A DNA stretch of 32,000 nucleotides from Nostoc punctiforme PCC 73102 (lineage in GTDB: Bacteria; Cyanobacteriota; Cyanobacteriia; Cyanobacteriales; Nostocaceae), in assembly GCF_000020025.1 (NCBI RefSeq), contig NC_010628.1, positions 5,670,001 to 5,702,000 of the forward strand, read 5' to 3'. Position 1 is the stretch's first letter; every line of letters starts with the position of its first letter. The notes beneath the pieces were generated by a model. That model did not search any database, had not been told where the DNA came from, and saw only the letters and a program-made list of their open reading frames with translations. This document shows, piece after piece, positions 17,895-27,276 of the stretch. The position numbers and the translations under genes are program-made.

Positions 17895-18657
17895 TGCTAT
17901 TTTAAAAGTAGAAGGATTAACTGTCTATCAAGGTAGTTATTTAGCTGTTCGAGATGTTTCTTTTGAATTATTGCCAGGAACAGATACAGCCATAGTTGGT
18001 CCCAATGGTGCTGGTAAAAGTACTCTGGTAAAAGCGGTTTTAGATTTGATACCTCGAAGTGCTGGTACGATTGAAATATTCGGTCGTCCAATTGCAAGGT
18101 TGGGGCGTTTGCGTCATTTGTTGGGTTATATGCCGCAAAATTTCATCTTTGACCGCAGCTTTCCTATTTCTGTTAGCGAATTGGTGGGTCTGGGATGGGC
18201 AAAGGAAGGAAAAAAGGGAGATTTATTTTTCTCCAAGTTGTGGAGACAAGACCGAGAAAAATCGGCAGCAGTAGGAGAAGCTTTACGGCGAACCGATGCT
18301 TATCATTTACAGCATCAAGCTATTGGGACTCTTAGCGGTGGCCAACTTAAGCGGGTGTTGTTGGCTTATTGTTTGGTAATGTCTCGAAAACTGTTGGTAC
18401 TCGATGAAGCCTTTGCTGGTGTTGATGTGCAAGGTTCAGCAGATTTTTACGCTTTGCTAAATGAATTAAAGCGAGAGGAGGGTTGGACGGTATTACAAGT
18501 TTCCCATGATATTGATATGGTAAATCGCCATTGCGATCGCGTGCTTTGCCTGAACCAAAGCATTGTTTGTACTGGTAAACCGGAAATTGCCCTTTCACCG
18601 CAAAACCTGTTAGCAACATACGGTCCAGGTTTCAGCCGTTACCAGCACCAACATTAA
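17881..18657 (+). CDS. znuC: Metal (Zn/Mn) ABC transporter ATP-binding protein
   Basis: Walker A GPNGAGKST, signature LSGGQLKRV, Walker B LLVLDEAF. Confidence 0.9.
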   Translation: MTNDIAILKVEGLTVYQGSYLAVRDVSFELLPGTDTAIVGPNGAGKSTLVKAVLDLIPRSAGTIEIFGRPIARLGRLRHLLGYMPQNFIFDRSFPISVSELVGLGWAKEGKKGDLFFSKLWRQDREKSAAVGEALRRTDAYHLQHQAIGTLSGGQLKRVLLAYCLVMSRKLLVLDEAFAGVDVQGSADFYALLNELKREEGWTVLQVSHDIDMVNRHCDRVLCLNQSIVCTGKPEIALSPQNLLATYGPGFSRYQHQH

Positions 18658-18668
18658 AGTTTATAAAT

Positions 18669-19538
18669 ATGGATTTCTTCAATGATTGTCAGATATCTTG
18701 GCTTGCGATCGCCAGTAGTAATGACTTGGTAAGCTTGTTAACATTCCCTTTCATGCAGCGTGCGATCGTCGGTGCTGTGTTAATGGGAATACTTGGCGGG
18801 ATGTTGGGCAGTTTTGTCACCTTGCGCCAGTTGTCCTTTTTCAGCCACGCCGTTGGTCATGCAGCATTAGTAGGTGTGGCGTTAGGTGTACTACTCCAAA
18901 TAAATCCGACTTGGATGCTGTTACCTTTTACCTTGGTTTTCGGCGTTATTGTCCTCTACTTCATCGACAAAACCGATTTAGGTAGCGATAGCGTCCTTAG
19001 CATAGTGCTATCTGGGGCATTAGCGATCGGTGTAATTCTCACTAGCCTGATTAAAGGATATCGTGGCAACTTGATGGCTGTGCTGTTCGGGGATATTCTA
19101 GCGATCGATACCATAGATTTGATTTTGACGCTGCTAGTACTTGTAGGAGGTAGCATATTTTTACTATCAACCTTGCGACAGCAAATTTTATTGACCCTTA
19201 ACCCTGATGTCGCACAAGTCCAAGGCGTTCCCGTCCAATTGTACCGCTATGTATTTGTGGTTTTGCTTTCACTCGCCGTTGCCGTAGCGATTAAAGCTGT
19301 CGGCGTTTTACTGGTGAACGCCTTTTTGGTTATTCCCGCCTCTACTGCCAAACTGATGAGTCACCACTTTAGCCGCTTTCTAGTCATATCAGTGATAGTT
19401 GGTTCCATCAGCAGCATTGCTGGCATCATTGTCTCTGGTATTTTCAACCTTGCTTCTGGCCCAAGTATTGTTCTTGTCCAATTCCTGCTATTTATAGCTG
19501 TTTTCATCTGGTTTAAGTTGAATTTGAAAGCCGCATAA
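18669..19538 (+). CDS. znuB: Metal ABC transporter permease (ABC-3 family)
   Basis: 289-aa polytopic membrane protein that follows znuC after an 11-nt gap. It has the typical ABC-3 GDILAI motif. Confidence 0.9.
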   Translation: MDFFNDCQISWLAIASSNDLVSLLTFPFMQRAIVGAVLMGILGGMLGSFVTLRQLSFFSHAVGHAALVGVALGVLLQINPTWMLLPFTLVFGVIVLYFIDKTDLGSDSVLSIVLSGALAIGVILTSLIKGYRGNLMAVLFGDILAIDTIDLILTLLVLVGGSIFLLSTLRQQILLTLNPDVAQVQGVPVQLYRYVFVVLLSLAVAVAIKAVGVLLVNAFLVIPASTAKLMSHHFSRFLVISVIVGSISSIAGIIVSGIFNLASGPSIVLVQFLLFIAVFIWFKLNLKAA

Positions 19539-19613
19539 ATCTTTTTTCTCCAACCCCTTGCTATATTTTGGGATGTTTGCTACATTTATTAATCGTGGCT
19601 CACAAAAGCCCCA

Positions 19614-19686
19614 GCCGGGATAGCTCAGTTTGTAAAGCAGAGGACTGAAAATCCTCGTGTCACCGGTTCAAGTCCGGTTCCTGGCA
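19614..19686 (+). tRNA. tRNA-Phe (anticodon GAA); CCA not encoded
   Basis: Acceptor stem gccggga/tcctggc (one G-U pair), D-arm agctcagtttgtaaagc, anticodon loop cuGAAaa, and T-arm ggttcaagtcc. Confidence 0.93.
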
Positions 19687-19697
19687 TCATCAAAAAA

Positions 19698-19729
19698 CCC
19701 TTGATATCTAACGATATCAAGGGTTTTTT
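19698..19729 (+). terminator. Rho-independent terminator after tRNA-Phe
   Basis: Perfect 11-bp stem cccttgatatc / gatatcaaggg with loop taac, followed by tttttt. Confidence 0.85.
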
Positions 19730-19965
19730 GGTTTCTAATCCCTGAAAAATAGAGGATAAATGTTCTAATGTTTATGCCATTTTTGGACGTTTTTGAATAC
19801 CTTTAGATACAAAAGTGGTGTAAATATTCTCCTTTGGAGACGCTACGCGAACGGGAAGCAAGCTACGTTCCTCAGGCCAACCTACGCAGTTTAATGGTTT
19901 TGGCGCTAACCCAAGCGTATTAAGCTATGAATGCTCAAAAAATACTCAAAGTGCTGTATTAAATA

Positions 19966-20077
19966 CAAAAAGACCAGCCTCCCACAGCTGGTCTATAAAA
20001 TATTTATTTTGCGTTGTCTTCTCAAGAGAGTTAAAACCCAATTGCGCGTTCCCAAAATGCAACGGGCAACTTTTCTT
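19966..20077 (-). ncRNA. Candidate small RNA (about 112 nt); identity unknown
   Basis: On the minus strand, an extended -10 element TGtTACAAT (plus-strand 20084-20092) lies upstream. A terminator follows: agaccagc-tgtgggag-gctggtct (19971-19994) then ttttg. There is no convincing ORF in between. Confidence 0.25.
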
Positions 20078-20352
20078 AACAATATTGTAACAGTCAACAC
20101 AGATTTTTCAGGAATATTCATCAAAAAAAGATATTAGCAAAGCTTAAAAGCCTCTATCTATTAGGAGAATTCAGCAGAACGCAAGGTATATATAGACTGA
20201 CAAGGCGAGAGGCAGAGGAAGCAGAAAAGAAATGACCAATACAACCCTTGGAGAGGCTGCGCCCTAAGCGGAGCTATGCCGCAGTACGACTACGCGGTAG
20301 TTGAATCTCGACTTCGCTCGATTTCCGCGCAGTCGAAACTCAGTACAAGTGA

Positions 20353-22086
20353 CTAATGACTAATGACTATTTGTGGTTTTCCCCAAAGGATGCTTTCCTG
20401 CTTGTAAATCGCAATTCCCGGTTTTGCTCCTTTGGGTTTGTAAACGTGTTTTGGCTGGGTGTAAACTATTGGCACTTGCTCACTCTGACGAGCGCGACTG
20501 TAGTAAGCAGCAAGATTAGCGACAAATTGCAAATCAGCTTCTTCTGCCACAGCACCGGGTTCTAGACGTAGTAGCAGATGACTCCCTGGAATTTCTTGAG
20601 CGTGGAACCAGATGTCATAATCCCCAGCTACACGAAAAGTTAATTGGTCATTTTGGCGATTATTGCGGCCGATTAATACTTCAAAGCCACTGGGGGTAAG
20701 GTAACGATGAAAGTTGGTGCTAGGAGGTTCGTTTGCACTCCTACTGCGATATTCTGGATCTTCTAGATACTTTTGTCCAATCAACTCTTCACGGATTTCT
20801 TCTAAAGCTCGTAAATCTTCTGATGTTTTGTAAGTGTCTATCTGAGCGATCGCAGCTTCTACTTGTTCTAAATACTCAATTTCTGTCTGCACTTCCAATA
20901 GTAGGGGTTCCACGGCAGCACGAGCGCGTTTGAGTTTTTGGTGCTGTTTGTAAAGACTTTGGGCATTTTGAACAGCATTTTTATCTGGCAACAGAGCGAT
21001 CGCTACTGGCAAATTTGTATCAAAATCAGCAAGGATAATTTCTTTCATCCCTGGTTCCCAGTTTTGCAGGTGAGCCATCAATAAATCAGCTTTTTGTCGA
21101 TACTCATCAGCTTGATCTGATTGCTGCAAGCGCGTTTTAAAGGTTTGAGCCTTGTTGCGTAATTTCACCAGAATATTATTTAATTTCTGACTCAACTGAT
21201 GGCGCAATTGAGAAAATAACTGTTGGTCAATTTGGTTACTGTAGTAATGGTTGAGCAACTCCTGGATATTTTTGACTTTTTCCACCACACCCCAACCCAT
21301 TACGGTGTAACCATCTTTTGTCCAAGCGGGTTGAAATTTCTTGGAATCCAAAGCTTGCAGCCATTCTTGCCAACGCTCAAACAATCTTCGCCAATCGTCG
21401 GGGTTGAGAGTATCGGTAGATGTTTCTGGTGCGATATTTGCTTCTAACAGCATTAAATCTAGCAATGCTGCACTCAAACCACTATAACTTTTCAGTAATT
21501 GCCGCTTGATTGCTCCTGGTACTAAACTTACCCGTTCTTGCCAACGTTCTTGGGATTCGCTCAAACTGGGGACAGTTCCAGTCAGTTTTGGTGGTGTTTC
21601 ATAAGGTTGTCCAGTTTGGATGGGACGGACACTAGATTGTTGCTGACTGACTTGATGGGCGGCAGTGATAATTATATTGTTAGCGTCGGTGAGAATGACG
21701 TTACTATATTTACCCATGATTTCTGCATAGACATGATACAGGGCGCTTTCTCCGGGACGACGGGCAAATTGTAAATCGATAACACGCTCCCAAGGTGCGA
21801 TCGCTTCAATACCCACCAATGCCAAACCACCCAATTGGTGTATTAGTTGTTGGCTAAAGGTAAAGGTATCTGGCGATCGCGGTGGCGGATCGCCAATACA
21901 AATATGGGCAGCTTGGGGATGCCAAGAAATCTGTAACCAATCACGCTGTTTCAGGGTGCGTAATGCTATGGCAATAGTATAGCGATCGCGCTGATAAACC
22001 TGTTCTGTCCGCGAGGGCAGCCAGTTAGCGCGTAGTTCGCTACAAGTAGCTGTAAGGGTGGTGAAGTCAACTGGTTGCATAGCCAT
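20353..22086 (-). CDS. NFACT-family (FbpA/RqcH-like) RNA-binding protein with a C-terminal DUF814/NFACT-R domain
   Basis: 577 aa. It has an N-terminal NFACT-N-like region, central coiled coils, and C-terminal FEVLIGRNNRQNDQLTF...WFHAQEIPGSHLLLR. Confidence 0.85.
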   Translation of the reverse strand: MAMQPVDFTTLTATCSELRANWLPSRTEQVYQRDRYTIAIALRTLKQRDWLQISWHPQAAHICIGDPPPRSPDTFTFSQQLIHQLGGLALVGIEAIAPWERVIDLQFARRPGESALYHVYAEIMGKYSNVILTDANNIIITAAHQVSQQQSSVRPIQTGQPYETPPKLTGTVPSLSESQERWQERVSLVPGAIKRQLLKSYSGLSAALLDLMLLEANIAPETSTDTLNPDDWRRLFERWQEWLQALDSKKFQPAWTKDGYTVMGWGVVEKVKNIQELLNHYYSNQIDQQLFSQLRHQLSQKLNNILVKLRNKAQTFKTRLQQSDQADEYRQKADLLMAHLQNWEPGMKEIILADFDTNLPVAIALLPDKNAVQNAQSLYKQHQKLKRARAAVEPLLLEVQTEIEYLEQVEAAIAQIDTYKTSEDLRALEEIREELIGQKYLEDPEYRSRSANEPPSTNFHRYLTPSGFEVLIGRNNRQNDQLTFRVAGDYDIWFHAQEIPGSHLLLRLEPGAVAEEADLQFVANLAAYYSRARQSEQVPIVYTQPKHVYKPKGAKPGIAIYKQESILWGKPQIVISH

Positions 22087-22174
22087 TCGCGTTCAAAGGT
22101 CGATGCTCAGTATACTTCCATCATCTCTAATATTGATATTAATGTAGGCATAAATATGCTCCCGCAAAAAATGT

Positions 22175-22198
22175 AGAGACGCAAAATTTTGCGTCTCT
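22175..22198 (-). terminator. Palindromic hairpin, probable terminator of the glycosyltransferase gene
   Basis: Perfect 12-bp arms agagacgcaaaa/ttttgcgtctct. On the minus strand it is followed by acattttttg. It lies 62 nt past the GT stop codon. Confidence 0.55.
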
Positions 22199-22259
22199 CT
22201 AGAGAATTTATCGGTTGTGTAAAATGATTTTATCTGGGTGTATTAAGTTGCTTGAAGCC

Positions 22260-23528
22260 CTATTTAACAAGCAATGCAGGTTCTTTTGCTGATGGTTCTA
22301 ACAATTGGGTGTAAAGTTCACTCAACTGAGTTGCGACACCATGCCAACTAAATTGGCTTTCAGTACGCTTTCTGCCAGCTTTACCCAATTCGTCTCGCCA
22401 CTCTGGATTAAAGAGAATTCGGTCAATAGCAGACGCAAAAGCACCTACATCTTGTGGTGGTGCTAATAAACCAGTTTGTTCATTAACTACAGTAAATTGA
22501 AGTCCACCGACATCACTAGCCACAACCGGCGTACCGCTTGCCATCGCTTCGATCGCAACCAGTCCAAATGGTTCGTAGTGACTAGGAACAACGCAGACAT
22601 CGGCAGCAGCGTAATAAGTTGGTAAAATATCTTGACTGAGACGACCAGAGAAGATGGTCAAGTCAGTGATTCCTAATTCGTGGACGATTTGCTCAATGCG
22701 ATCGCGTTCTATGCCGTCGCTGTTACCTGGAGTACTACCACCGCCAATAATTAGCTTGAGATTCTTCGAGTCGCGTAGTTCAGACTCGTTGACTGCACGC
22801 ACTAGGGTTTCTATACCTTTGCGTTGGTCAAAACGCCCTACATATAATACAACTTTGGCATCTTTGGCAATTTCCAGTTCAGCCCTGGCTGCTTCTCGCC
22901 CAATGGAACCAAAACGCTGAATATCTGTACCACAGGGGATAATATCGATATTGCCTTCAGTGGAAACTAGCGATCGCATGTGTTGCTGTTCTTGCGGACT
23001 GGTCGCTACAATTCGCTCTGCTGTTTCTAACACCTGTTTTTCTACTGCCAATCGCTGACTAGCAATCAGAGGAATATTTTCTATAGTGTTGTATTTGACT
23101 GCTCCTAATGAGTGATAGGTGTGAACCTGTTTACTCCCTTGGATTTTCTTTAACTGCATCCCCACCCAACTAGAGAGCCAATAATTAGTGTGAACTAACT
23201 CATATTGAATCTCATTTTTTACCTGAAATTTGAGGAAATTCTCCACAAATTCTGGCAAATATTCAAAAATTTCATCTCGCGGCACAAACTCAAGGGGCCC
23301 AGCTTTTAAACGAATAGTTCGGCAATTGTCGCTATGTTCAACAATCGAATCTTGCTCCAGACTAGCCTTGCGGGTAAACATATCAACTTGCCATCCCAGC
23401 TGCGCTAGTGCTTCACCCACTTGGCGCACATAAACATTTTGTCCCCCAGCTTCTTCTTTCCCTATTTCAATCGCCGGGTCTCCGTGGACGGAAATCAAGG
23501 CGATACGTTTTTCGGTGGTAGAGTTCAT
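22260..23528 (-). CDS. GT4/GT-B glycosyltransferase (sucrose-phosphate-synthase-like or MshA-like)
   Basis: 422 aa with N-terminal ISVHGDPAIEIGKEEAGGQNVYV and a C-terminal E-x7-E region (PSHYEPFGLVAIEAMASGTPVV). Substrate cannot be called from sequence alone. Confidence 0.75.
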   Translation of the reverse strand: MNSTTEKRIALISVHGDPAIEIGKEEAGGQNVYVRQVGEALAQLGWQVDMFTRKASLEQDSIVEHSDNCRTIRLKAGPLEFVPRDEIFEYLPEFVENFLKFQVKNEIQYELVHTNYWLSSWVGMQLKKIQGSKQVHTYHSLGAVKYNTIENIPLIASQRLAVEKQVLETAERIVATSPQEQQHMRSLVSTEGNIDIIPCGTDIQRFGSIGREAARAELEIAKDAKVVLYVGRFDQRKGIETLVRAVNESELRDSKNLKLIIGGGSTPGNSDGIERDRIEQIVHELGITDLTIFSGRLSQDILPTYYAAADVCVVPSHYEPFGLVAIEAMASGTPVVASDVGGLQFTVVNEQTGLLAPPQDVGAFASAIDRILFNPEWRDELGKAGRKRTESQFSWHGVATQLSELYTQLLEPSAKEPALLVK

Positions 23529-24449
23529 AGTTTGTGTGTTGCTGATTTTAACAAAGCTCTAGCCTGTTTCAAGTACGTGTATAACACACTTACTTGAATT
23601 GTTGAGAAACTTTGATTAATATTTATTTTAATTTAATACACCTAATATTTTTTTACATCTTCTGCCAGAAGTATAATTTTAAGTTAAGTATTTATATTTA
23701 ATTTCTTTAGATAGAGGAAAATTTATACCTCATATTTCATACTTTTGATAGATAAAACTTATAGTTTTTCACCTTGTTTTATGAATATCTAATTCAAAGG
23801 TGAGTTTGACAAATTGACAGCAGAAATTAGTAGTTAGAAGTTATATTCATCATGCCAAAATCCCACCCACAAAGAGATAAGATTTTTGATTTTTCTGGTA
23901 AATGTAAGCAACTACCCCACTAAAAAATCGACTCCAAAGTTAAATAGGTCTTAATTTTTGGTGTCAAAATTGATAAATATTTTTGTTTTTAGCTAAGTAG
24001 CTAGCTGGCAATTATGTGATTTTCTCAACCTGAAAAGTGTGATTAACATTTGTTGCCTATAAATAAAAAACTCTATTAATTCTCTTTGGCTCTATCTTCA
24101 GGTATAATCTATAACTAGAAAATCACTTACTTCTGACATTGAAGTTAAAAGCAGTTATAGGACTCATATTTGATTTCTAAAAAAATTCACTACAACTAAA
24201 AGAGGTTTCTTGACTATTGACTTTTGCTTCTTGCCTCCTACACAAATAATTATGGCTACGCCACGCTGCGCGAACAGTAATCAAAACGGATTGCTATAGC
24301 ACAGTTAACTCACCACGTTGAACTCAAGTTGTATTAAGTAGTGATAATAACTGTTAAATATTGATGCAAAATCGGGTAATTTATTGAATTTGCTTCGAAA
24401 AGTTTCAGATTATATTTTCAATCATTAATAAATTTCAGGAGCAAATCAG

Positions 24450-24710
24450 GTGTTTACTTCAACCTTACTCGCTGCTGCAACTACACCCCTGCAATGGAGT
24501 CCGACAGTTGGACTGATTATCATTATTGCTAATATCATTGCCATTGCCTTTGGGAAATCGACCATCAAATATCCCAATGCAGAACCAGCACTACCCTCAT
24601 CTAATCTTTTTGGTGGTTTTGGTTTACCAGCCCTTTTAGCAACCACTGCCTTTGGTCATATCTTAGGAGTGGGCGCTGTTTTAGGGCTGCATAACCTGGG
24701 AAGAATTTAG
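24450..24710 (+). CDS. psaK: Photosystem I subunit PsaK
   Basis: 86 aa: TSTLLAAATTPLQWSPTVGLIIIIANIIAIAFGKSTIKYP...GGFGLPALLATTAFGHILGVGAVLGL. GTG start, with AGGAG 9 nt upstream. Confidence 0.9.
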   Translation: MFTSTLLAAATTPLQWSPTVGLIIIIANIIAIAFGKSTIKYPNAEPALPSSNLFGGFGLPALLATTAFGHILGVGAVLGLHNLGRI

Positions 24711-24760
24711 ATTCTTGCCCAAGTTAGCCTTTATTTGATGATTCTTTTGTCTCCAGCATT

Positions 24761-24794
24761 GAGCCAGAGAGTTAATTCTCTGGCTCTTCTTTAT
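24761..24794 (+). terminator. Rho-independent terminator after psaK
   Basis: Perfect 10-bp stem gagccagaga / tctctggctc with loop gttaat, followed by ttctttat. Confidence 0.7.
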
Positions 24795-24845
24795 AGATAA
24801 ATTGTCTAATATTTTCTAGATTGCTTCTTAAATTCTCATGTGTAT

Positions 24846-25586
24846 CTAACTCTTAACAAATGTCCACTCAAGTACCTTAATGGGGGCTTTTTGTAGCGCT
24901 TGAGTTAGTTGGGCACTGCTGTCAAATTTCACCTGGGAGAGGTCGCAGGCTTCGACGTTGACCGTAAATTTATCGTTTTGGAAGGGCCAGGGTTTGACAA
25001 CAACCAAGTTATCACTGCGCTGCATGATGTCATAGCGCTCACCTTCAGGGCCCTTGCTAATTTCTAGAAACCGCTCATCGTCAGGTAGTTCTTGCTGACA
25101 TAAGATGAGAGAAAGGCGATCGCACCACTGCATAAACGCATAAGCTGCATCAACTTCCTCCTTCTCAATGCCCAGTTCCTTGCGCCAACGTTGCTGGTTT
25201 TGAAGTTGCTCATCCAAAAGTTTGTCTAGTTTGGAACCCTTACCCCGGCTTCCCTCATTTAGACGGCTAATGTGCATGGAAATCAATAAAGCTACCCATC
25301 GTCCACGGTAAAGGGCATTCTTTGCCAAATCAGCCAATTTCTGTACCCCAGCATCTACATCGGCATTTGAGGACAGCATGAAGTCCTTTGGCGCACCGGC
25401 TTCAGTAAGAATATCTTCTTCCCACTCTTTCTCTAAATCATCGTGATGAGAAATTGCAGCGATGGTTTCATATAATCTTACTGGCGCATCTTTACGTCGC
25501 CATTGCCCCGCCAGTTGAGCTGCTAATAAAGCATGGGCACGATGGTAAATGACTTCCCAACCATTTGGGGTAGCGTTGACAATCAC
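24846..25586 (-). CDS. Conserved hypothetical protein (DUF3891-like by recollection)
   Basis: 246 aa, GTG start with AGGAG 9 nt upstream. An N-terminal HRAHALLAAQLAGQW and ISHHDD suggest a metal- or His-motif protein. The family name is from memory only. Confidence 0.45.
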   Translation of the reverse strand: MIVNATPNGWEVIYHRAHALLAAQLAGQWRRKDAPVRLYETIAAISHHDDLEKEWEEDILTEAGAPKDFMLSSNADVDAGVQKLADLAKNALYRGRWVALLISMHISRLNEGSRGKGSKLDKLLDEQLQNQQRWRKELGIEKEEVDAAYAFMQWCDRLSLILCQQELPDDERFLEISKGPEGERYDIMQRSDNLVVVKPWPFQNDKFTVNVEACDLSQVKFDSSAQLTQALQKAPIKVLEWTFVKS

Positions 25587-25847
25587 AAATTAATCTCCTG
25601 ATTCTTAGTTTTAATTTTGAGTTGAATCTGAATTCAGAAACGTCAGGCTAGATATTGAAGAGGCAATCGCTCTGAATTCTTCAGTGTGACTTATGATTAC
25701 ACCCATTTAAAATTGAGTGCAATATACTAGTCGGTTCATCGTAACGCAGAGATATCTAGCTAATATTCCCAACTTCTTTAAGAAGTCGGGAGTATGGTTA
25801 TTCACCAACCTTCGGTCGAGGAAACAGGGAACAGTGAAGATTTCTGG

Positions 25848-25873
25848 TTTGATGCGGACAGATCCGCATCAAA
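25848..25873. repeat. Perfect 11-bp-stem hairpin (tttgatgcgga-caga-tccgcatcaaa)
   Basis: Exact inverted repeat immediately next to the MITE-like element. Confidence 0.8.
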
Positions 25874-25880
25874 AGCTTTA

Positions 25881-26096
25881 GATCCTTAAAAATCCCCCTT
25901 TTGAAGGCTACGGTGTACACACAAGTCTTCAAGAGTTGCCCCACAAGCTATTTGATTCCCCCGTCCCCCCTTTTTATTGGACAAAACCTCTCAAAGTCCT
26001 CCAATTTATCGGAGGATTTAGGAGGATCTACTACATTTTGGTTTTATAGAGAGATGTGTGTACCCCGTAGTCTAAAAAAGGGAAGTTAGAGGGATC
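25881..26096. mobile_element. MITE-like element (216 bp)
   Basis: Imperfect terminal inverted repeats of about 43 bp: gatccttaaaaatcccccttttgaaggctacggtgtacacaca versus tgtgtgtaccccgtagtctaaaaaagggaagttagagggatc. It has an internal hairpin, tcctcc-aatttatc-ggagga. The ORF inside it looks spurious. Confidence 0.6.
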
Positions 26097-26139
26097 AATA
26101 AGTACCCAAAATCACAGCCAAATCCTTTTCAACAAACTT

Positions 26140-26832
26140 CTAAGAGTGGCTTTCTAAAGGATTAGCAATGTATTTGAATGTTGGCTCAGAATTCCAAGGA
26201 CCACGCTCATCTTGACCATTACCGTTAGTAGATAGGTTGTAGTAAAGAGCAACAGTTTCATCTGGTTTAATATTACCAAAGAACGGATCTGTCAGCTTAC
26301 CCAAAGAATCCAGAGCTTTCATAAACATCTGGGTATGAGAAATTTCTCGTGTTAAGAGATGGACTAAAGTTTCTTGGGTTCCTTTGTCAGTTGCCAGTTT
26401 AATTAACTCTTCATAAGTCTGACGAGCGCCGGCTTCTGCTGCAACGTTAGCCCTTAAATCACGGACTACATCTCCACCTTCATTCAAGTAACTTGCTGTC
26501 CAAGCATTACCCTGGCTATCTAGAAAATGAGGCCCAATCCCTCGAACTGCAAAGAGAGTACTCTTATAAGCCTCTGTTTGATCCACATTTTTGGTATGAG
26601 CCTCAATGAGTTTACCAACCATTTCTAAATGGCTGAATTCCTCGATTGCAATGTCTTGGAGCATATCTTTAATACCAGCGTTTTCAACATGGAATGATTG
26701 CACCCAATATTGCAAAGCTGCACTAAGTTCGCCAGTAGCTCCGCCAAACTGCTCTAGAAGTAATTGAGCAAAACGAGGGTTTGGTTCACTAACGTTAACT
26801 GCATGAATAGGCTCTTTTTTGTGAAAAAACAT
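26140..26832 (-). CDS. Manganese catalase
   Basis: 230 aa with LLLEQFGGATGELSAALQYWVQSF and EEFSHLEMVG, a di-Mn ligand pattern typical of Mn-catalases. Confidence 0.9.
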   Translation of the reverse strand: MFFHKKEPIHAVNVSEPNPRFAQLLLEQFGGATGELSAALQYWVQSFHVENAGIKDMLQDIAIEEFSHLEMVGKLIEAHTKNVDQTEAYKSTLFAVRGIGPHFLDSQGNAWTASYLNEGGDVVRDLRANVAAEAGARQTYEELIKLATDKGTQETLVHLLTREISHTQMFMKALDSLGKLTDPFFGNIKPDETVALYYNLSTNGNGQDERGPWNSEPTFKYIANPLESHS

Positions 26833-26997
26833 AGATTTACACTTCCAAAAATTATGATGTTACAGAAGGGATTTAATGGTCTTTTAGGATTTTTCCAGAG
26901 AGAGCTAATTTGATGTTTGATAGCTTCTCAACCTGGGAAACTATAAGACCAATAAAATACAGTGATTGTGTAAGTGTTGATAACTGCCAATCAGCGA

Positions 26998-27276
26998 TTA
27001 GGCATTGCTGCTTCTTCTGATTAATCCCCATAGATAAATAGCAACAATTGCGCCAAGCACAGCCACTAAAATACCAGGGATAGTTAAACCAGCGCCAGCC
27101 GCAGTAATTTGCAGAGTTCCTGTTCGCAATAGAGTAAACAGACTTCCACCAACGAAAGCACCAATGATACCTAAAATCATTGTGGAGAGAATTCCACCAC
27201 CTTGATAGCCAGGATAAATAGCTTTAGCAATCGCACCTGCCAAAAGTCCTAAAACTACCCAAGCAATAATACTCAT
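26998..27276 (-). CDS. GlsB/YeaQ/YmgE-family small membrane stress protein
   Basis: 92 aa with three Gly-rich TM helices: IIAWVVLGLLAGAIAK, ILGIIGAFVGG, ILVAVLGAIVAIYLW. Confidence 0.8.
   Translation of the reverse strand: MSIIAWVVLGLLAGAIAKAIYPGYQGGGILSTMILGIIGAFVGGSLFTLLRTGTLQITAAGAGLTIPGILVAVLGAIVAIYLWGLIRRSSNA

Noticed and set aside
19931-20137. 68-aa plus-strand ORF in the tRNA-Phe/NFACT spacer
   Set aside because: It is Lys/Cys-rich and runs across a terminator hairpin, with no RBS. The region is better explained by a minus-strand non-coding unit and repeats.
19614-20352. Genomic-island integration site at tRNA-Phe
   Set aside because: There is no integrase and no direct repeat of the tRNA 3' end downstream. 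The 620-bp spacer holds only short dispersed repeats.
23571-23590. NtcA-type site (GTA-N8-TAC) upstream of the glycosyltransferase gene
   Set aside because: The sequence reads gtacgtgtataacac. The right half is ACA/CAC rather than TAC, so it does not meet the consensus.
25792-25885. 30-codon plus-strand ORF (MVIHQPSVEETGNSEDFWFDADRSASKALDP)
   Set aside because: Its 3' half is the perfect hairpin repeat at 25848-25873. The RBS is weak and there is no supporting context.
25901-26089. 62-aa plus-strand ORF
   Set aside because: It lies wholly inside the MITE-like element, and its translation is Pro/Ser-rich nonsense without an RBS.
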